Source: Minisyncoccota bacterium
Lineage (GTDB): Bacteria > Patescibacteriota > Minisyncoccia > Phycocordibacterales > UBA12079
Assembly: GCA_023135835.1 (NCBI GenBank)
Contig: JAGLSI010000002.1
Coordinates: forward strand, 1 to 45,075
Length of the DNA: 45,075 bases
Direction: 5' to 3'
Shown: positions 43,553 through 45,075 of the stretch, one piece after another
Numbering within the stretch: position 1 is the first letter of the stretch
Layout: every line of letters begins with the position of its first letter
Program-made: the position numbers and the translations under genes
The notes under the pieces: model-generated
Database searches by the model: none
What the model was told of the DNA's origin: nothing
The model's input: the letters and a program-made list of their open reading frames with translations, nothing else

Positions 43553-44263
43553 TTAACTCACCACTACAACAAATTCACCCCTTACCTTGTCTGGATTATC
43601 TTCAAAATACTCTAAAACTTCATCTACAGTTCCTGAAATAACTTGCTCAAACATTTTAGTTAATTCTCTAGCTATAACTATTTTTTTACTTTGCCCAACA
43701 AGGTCTTTAGAATTAGATTCTTTTTCTACTGAAAGCTCTTGAAGCATCTTTAAAGTTTTCAAAACCCTATGTGGTGATTCATAAAAAACTGATGTTCTTT
43801 TTGATTCTAATATTTCGTTTATAATAGTTTTTTTTCCTTTTTTATGAGGTAAAAAACCATAAAAAGTAAAATTATCTGCCGGTAAAGCACTAACTGATAG
43901 TGCTGATATCAAAGCTGAAGCTCCTGGAATTGGTAAAATTTGAACCTTATCTTTAAATTTTTCTCTAATTTCAGCCACTAATTGAAAACCTGGATCAGAA
44001 ATAGTAGGAGTGCCTGCATCAGAAACCAAAGCTAAATTCTTTCCTTCTTCTAATAATTCCAAAATTTTAGCAGTTTTAATTTTTCCACTAAAAGAGTGGT
44101 ATGAAATTGTTGGTGTTTTTATTTCGTACTTCTCTAAGAGCTTTTTAGTTACCCTAGTATCCTCACACAAGATAAAATCTACTTCCTTAAGAATTCTTAA
44201 AGCCCGTAAAGTTATATCTTCTAAATTTCCTATTGGTGTTGCTACTATGTATAAATTTATCAT
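43553..44263 (-). CDS. rsmI: 16S rRNA (cytidine1402-2'-O)-methyltransferase
   Basis: LYIVATPIGNLEDITLRALRILKEVDFILCEDTR...SDAGTPTISDPG. Confidence 0.9.
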   Translation of the reverse strand: MINLYIVATPIGNLEDITLRALRILKEVDFILCEDTRVTKKLLEKYEIKTPTISYHSFSGKIKTAKILELLEEGKNLALVSDAGTPTISDPGFQLVAEIREKFKDKVQILPIPGASALISALSVSALPADNFTFYGFLPHKKGKKTIINEILESKRTSVFYESPHRVLKTLKMLQELSVEKESNSKDLVGQSKKIVIARELTKMFEQVISGTVDEVLEYFEDNPDKVRGEFVVVVS

Positions 44264-44333
44264 AATTTCAAGTGAGGATTTATAAAAATAAATTATGCTA
44301 ATATTTTTATTTTTATATAATCCGAACGCCGTA

Positions 44334-44354
44334 ATTATATGCTTGCTTCATATA
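44334..44354. repeat. 21-nt exact direct repeat, copy 2 (attatatgcttgcttcatata)
   Basis: Identical to positions 1-21. Confidence 0.9.
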
Positions 44355-44405
44355 TTTTTTATTCTAAACTAAAAAAGAAGAAAAGGCTATTAATAGCTGT
44401 GAAAT

Positions 44406-44441
44406 AAAAAGAACTCAACGCTATCGCATTGGGTTCTTTTT
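44406..44441 (-). terminator. Terminator-like hairpin preceding the tRNA-Asp 3' fragment
   Basis: aaaaagaactcaa / ttgggttcttttt forms a 13-bp stem with one mismatch. Its arrangement mirrors the hairpin next to the intact tRNA-Asp. Confidence 0.5.
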
Positions 44442-44448
44442 GTTTTAT

Positions 44449-44473
44449 GCGCGACCGAAAAGACTCGGTCCCC
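44449..44473 (-). pseudogene. Duplicated, degenerate 3' fragment of tRNA-Asp
   Basis: gcgcgaccgaaaagactcggtcccc versus the intact gene's gcgcgaccgaagggactcgaaccct (20 of 25 identical). The preceding tttgttttat is also shared. Confidence 0.65.
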
Positions 44474-44521
44474 AGTTCTAAGTGAAATTTTCGTCCTACG
44501 GACTCAATTTCACTTAGAACT
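44474..44521. repeat. 48-nt hairpin element (perfect 16-bp stem)
   Basis: agttctaagtgaaatt / aatttcacttagaact, with a 16-nt loop that itself contains gtcc tac ggac. Confidence 0.85.
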
Positions 44522-44539
44522 CTTGACCTCGCTCACTCG

Positions 44540-44584
44540 TACCCAGCACCACTTTTCTTAAATTAAGAAAAGTGGTGCTGGGTA
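44540..44584. repeat. 45-nt perfect palindrome (22+1+22) flanked by direct repeats actcgt
   Basis: tacccagcaccacttttcttaa a ttaagaaaagtggtgctgggta. The hexamer actcgt is at 44535-44540 and 44586-44591. Confidence 0.85.
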
Positions 44585-44615
44585 TACTCGTTCGTTTCAA
44601 GTCCCTTCTCTCTGC

Positions 44616-44662
44616 AAAATAAAACAAAACTAAAGCTAAACGCTTCAGTTTTGTTTTATTTT
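44616..44662 (-). terminator. Hairpin immediately 3' of tRNA-Asp
   Basis: Perfect 16-bp A/T-rich stem aaaataaaacaaaact / agttttgttttatttt, with an inner aagc/gctt pairing. Confidence 0.6.
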
Positions 44663-44663
44663 G

Positions 44664-44737
44664 CGCGACCGAAGGGACTCGAACCCTCAACCTCTCGCGT
44701 GACAGGCGAGTGCTCTAACCAGTTGAGCTACGACCGC
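44664..44737 (-). tRNA. tRNA-Asp (GUC)
   Basis: Hand-folded cloverleaf: GCGGTCG TA GCTC AACTGGTTA GAGC A CTCGC CTGTCAC GCGAG AGGTT GAGGG TTCGAGT CCCTT CGGTCGC G. No CCA is encoded. Confidence 0.9.
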
Positions 44738-44783
44738 AAATACCCACATATATTAACAAATATTTCTATTTTCTTCAATACTG

Positions 44784-44857
44784 TGTCGACGAATGGATTC
44801 GAACCATTGATCTGGCGCGTATGAGACGCCCGCTTTAACCAACTAAGCTACGCCGAC
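44784..44857 (-). tRNA. tRNA with CAU anticodon, elongator Met (or Ile2 if lysidinylated)
   Basis: GTCGGCG TA GCTT AGTTGGTTA AAGC G GGCGT CTCATAC GCGCC AGATC AATGG TTCGAAT CCATT CGTCGAC A. It has a G1:C72 pair, so it is not an initiator. Confidence 0.85.
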
Positions 44858-44910
44858 AATTAAATAATAATATAGCACATTTAAAGAAAATATTAAATGT
44901 CTTTTAAACA

Positions 44911-44940
44911 AAAAACTCCAGGACTAATCCTAGAGTTTTT
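44911..44940 (-). terminator. Hairpin downstream of the initiator tRNA
   Basis: aaaaactccagga ctaa tcctagagttttt forms a 13-bp stem with one mismatch. Confidence 0.45.
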
Positions 44941-44951
44941 TGTTTTACTTG

Positions 44952-45022
44952 TTGCGGGAGCCTGACTTGAACAGACACCTGGAGGTTATGAGCCTCCTGT
45001 GCAACCGTTACACCATCCCGCG
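44952..45022 (-). tRNA. Initiator tRNA-fMet (CAU)
   Basis: CGCGGGA TG GTGT AACGGTT GCAC A GGAGG CTCATAA CCTCC AGGT GTCTG TTCAAGT CAGGC TCCCGCA A. It has the C1xA72 mismatch and overall similarity to the E. coli initiator (CGCGGGG...CTCATAACC...CCCCGCAA). Confidence 0.85.
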
Positions 45023-45075
45023 ATATTTACCTTATTCAATTTTTAAAACTTTTTCACAACCTCCAGAGGTTATGA

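Noticed and set aside
1-44354. The idea that the 21-nt direct repeats delimit a 44-kb integrated island or a circular element.
   Set aside because: The bracketed DNA includes core housekeeping genes (pheS, pheT, rsh, rsmI). No integrase, recombinase or replication gene is present. The second copy is not at the window end, so it is not a circular-assembly overlap. It is kept only as a low-level repeat observation.
44474-44616. Interpreting the palindrome-rich stretch beside tRNA-Asp as a tmRNA, SRP RNA or intron-containing tRNA.
   Set aside because: There is no tRNA-like acceptor/T-arm pairing with a 5' partner, no resume-codon/tag ORF and no SRP domain IV motif. Perfect long stems are more typical of inverted-repeat elements than of these RNAs.
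45056-45075. The sequence acaacctccagaggttatga at the window edge resembles the anticodon-arm region of the neighbouring CAU tRNA (acctggaggttatgag), so it might belong to a fourth tRNA.
   Set aside because: The adjacent 45023-45055 sequence, which would have to supply the T-arm and acceptor 3' strand of a minus-strand tRNA, has no TTCRA-like loop or complementary stems. It cannot be evaluated further because the window ends.
1-45075. CRISPR arrays, rRNA genes, transposases or integrases, prophage genes, and alternative genetic code (UGA recoding as in some candidate phyla).
   Set aside because: No regularly spaced direct repeats with unique spacers were seen. There are no rRNA-like conserved stretches and no ORF with transposase, integrase or phage structural motifs. 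All long ORFs are intact under the standard code, so no recoding is needed.

Overview
This is a 45-kb AT-rich bacterial segment. Hand counts on sampled 60-nt lines put most genes at about 25-38% GC. The standard genetic code applies, and genes are tightly packed with many 4-17 nt overlaps.

The gene content suggests a reduced-genome Patescibacteria/CPR-type organism, but this is inference only. The supporting features are a PheT without the B2 OB-fold, a 505-aa RelA/SpoT homolog lacking the C-terminal regulatory half, a lamin-tail-domain surface protein, a soluble VirD4/TraD-like ATPase, and a DUF4015-type hydrolase.

Layout:
1. 92-9022 is a housekeeping and nucleotide-signalling block. It holds a beta-propeller surface protein, pheS-mazG-NYN-pheT, RSH, a LOG/TIGR00725-like protein, a zeta-toxin-like kinase and a small membrane protein.
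2. 9248-36914 is a glycan assembly and export locus of about 28 kb. It holds a Wzm/Wzt-type ABC exporter (Wzt has an extra C-terminal domain), an inverted B12-radical-SAM gene, a split transketolase and two SDR sugar-nucleotide enzymes. It also holds about 13 glycosyltransferases (GT10 and GT11 fucosyltransferase-like, GT2, GT4, GT9, DUF616) and 7 SAM methyltransferases. Two toxin-antitoxin-like pairs (AbrB-NYN and ParD-RelE) interrupt it.
3. 36985-44263 holds an LTD/PKD surface protein with a VirD4-like ATPase, a compositionally foreign aminotransferase, a GNAT, DUF4015 and RsmI.
4. 44264-45075 holds dispersed repeats, a duplicated tRNA-Asp 3' fragment with nested palindromes, and tRNA-Asp, tRNA-Met(CAU) and initiator tRNA genes.

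Most notable observations:
- A complete NlpC/P60 domain is embedded in PheT.
- GC-rich 16/20-bp palindromic elements are inserted in frame in a GT4 gene, and a filled site versus empty site pair is visible in the same window.
- An AbrB-NYN two-gene module is a candidate new toxin-antitoxin type.
- The methylation-rich, fucosyltransferase-containing ABC-exported glycan locus is the best candidate for an undescribed system.

All domain calls are motif recognition by eye. No database searches were run, and hand-derived coordinates may be off by 1-2 nt.
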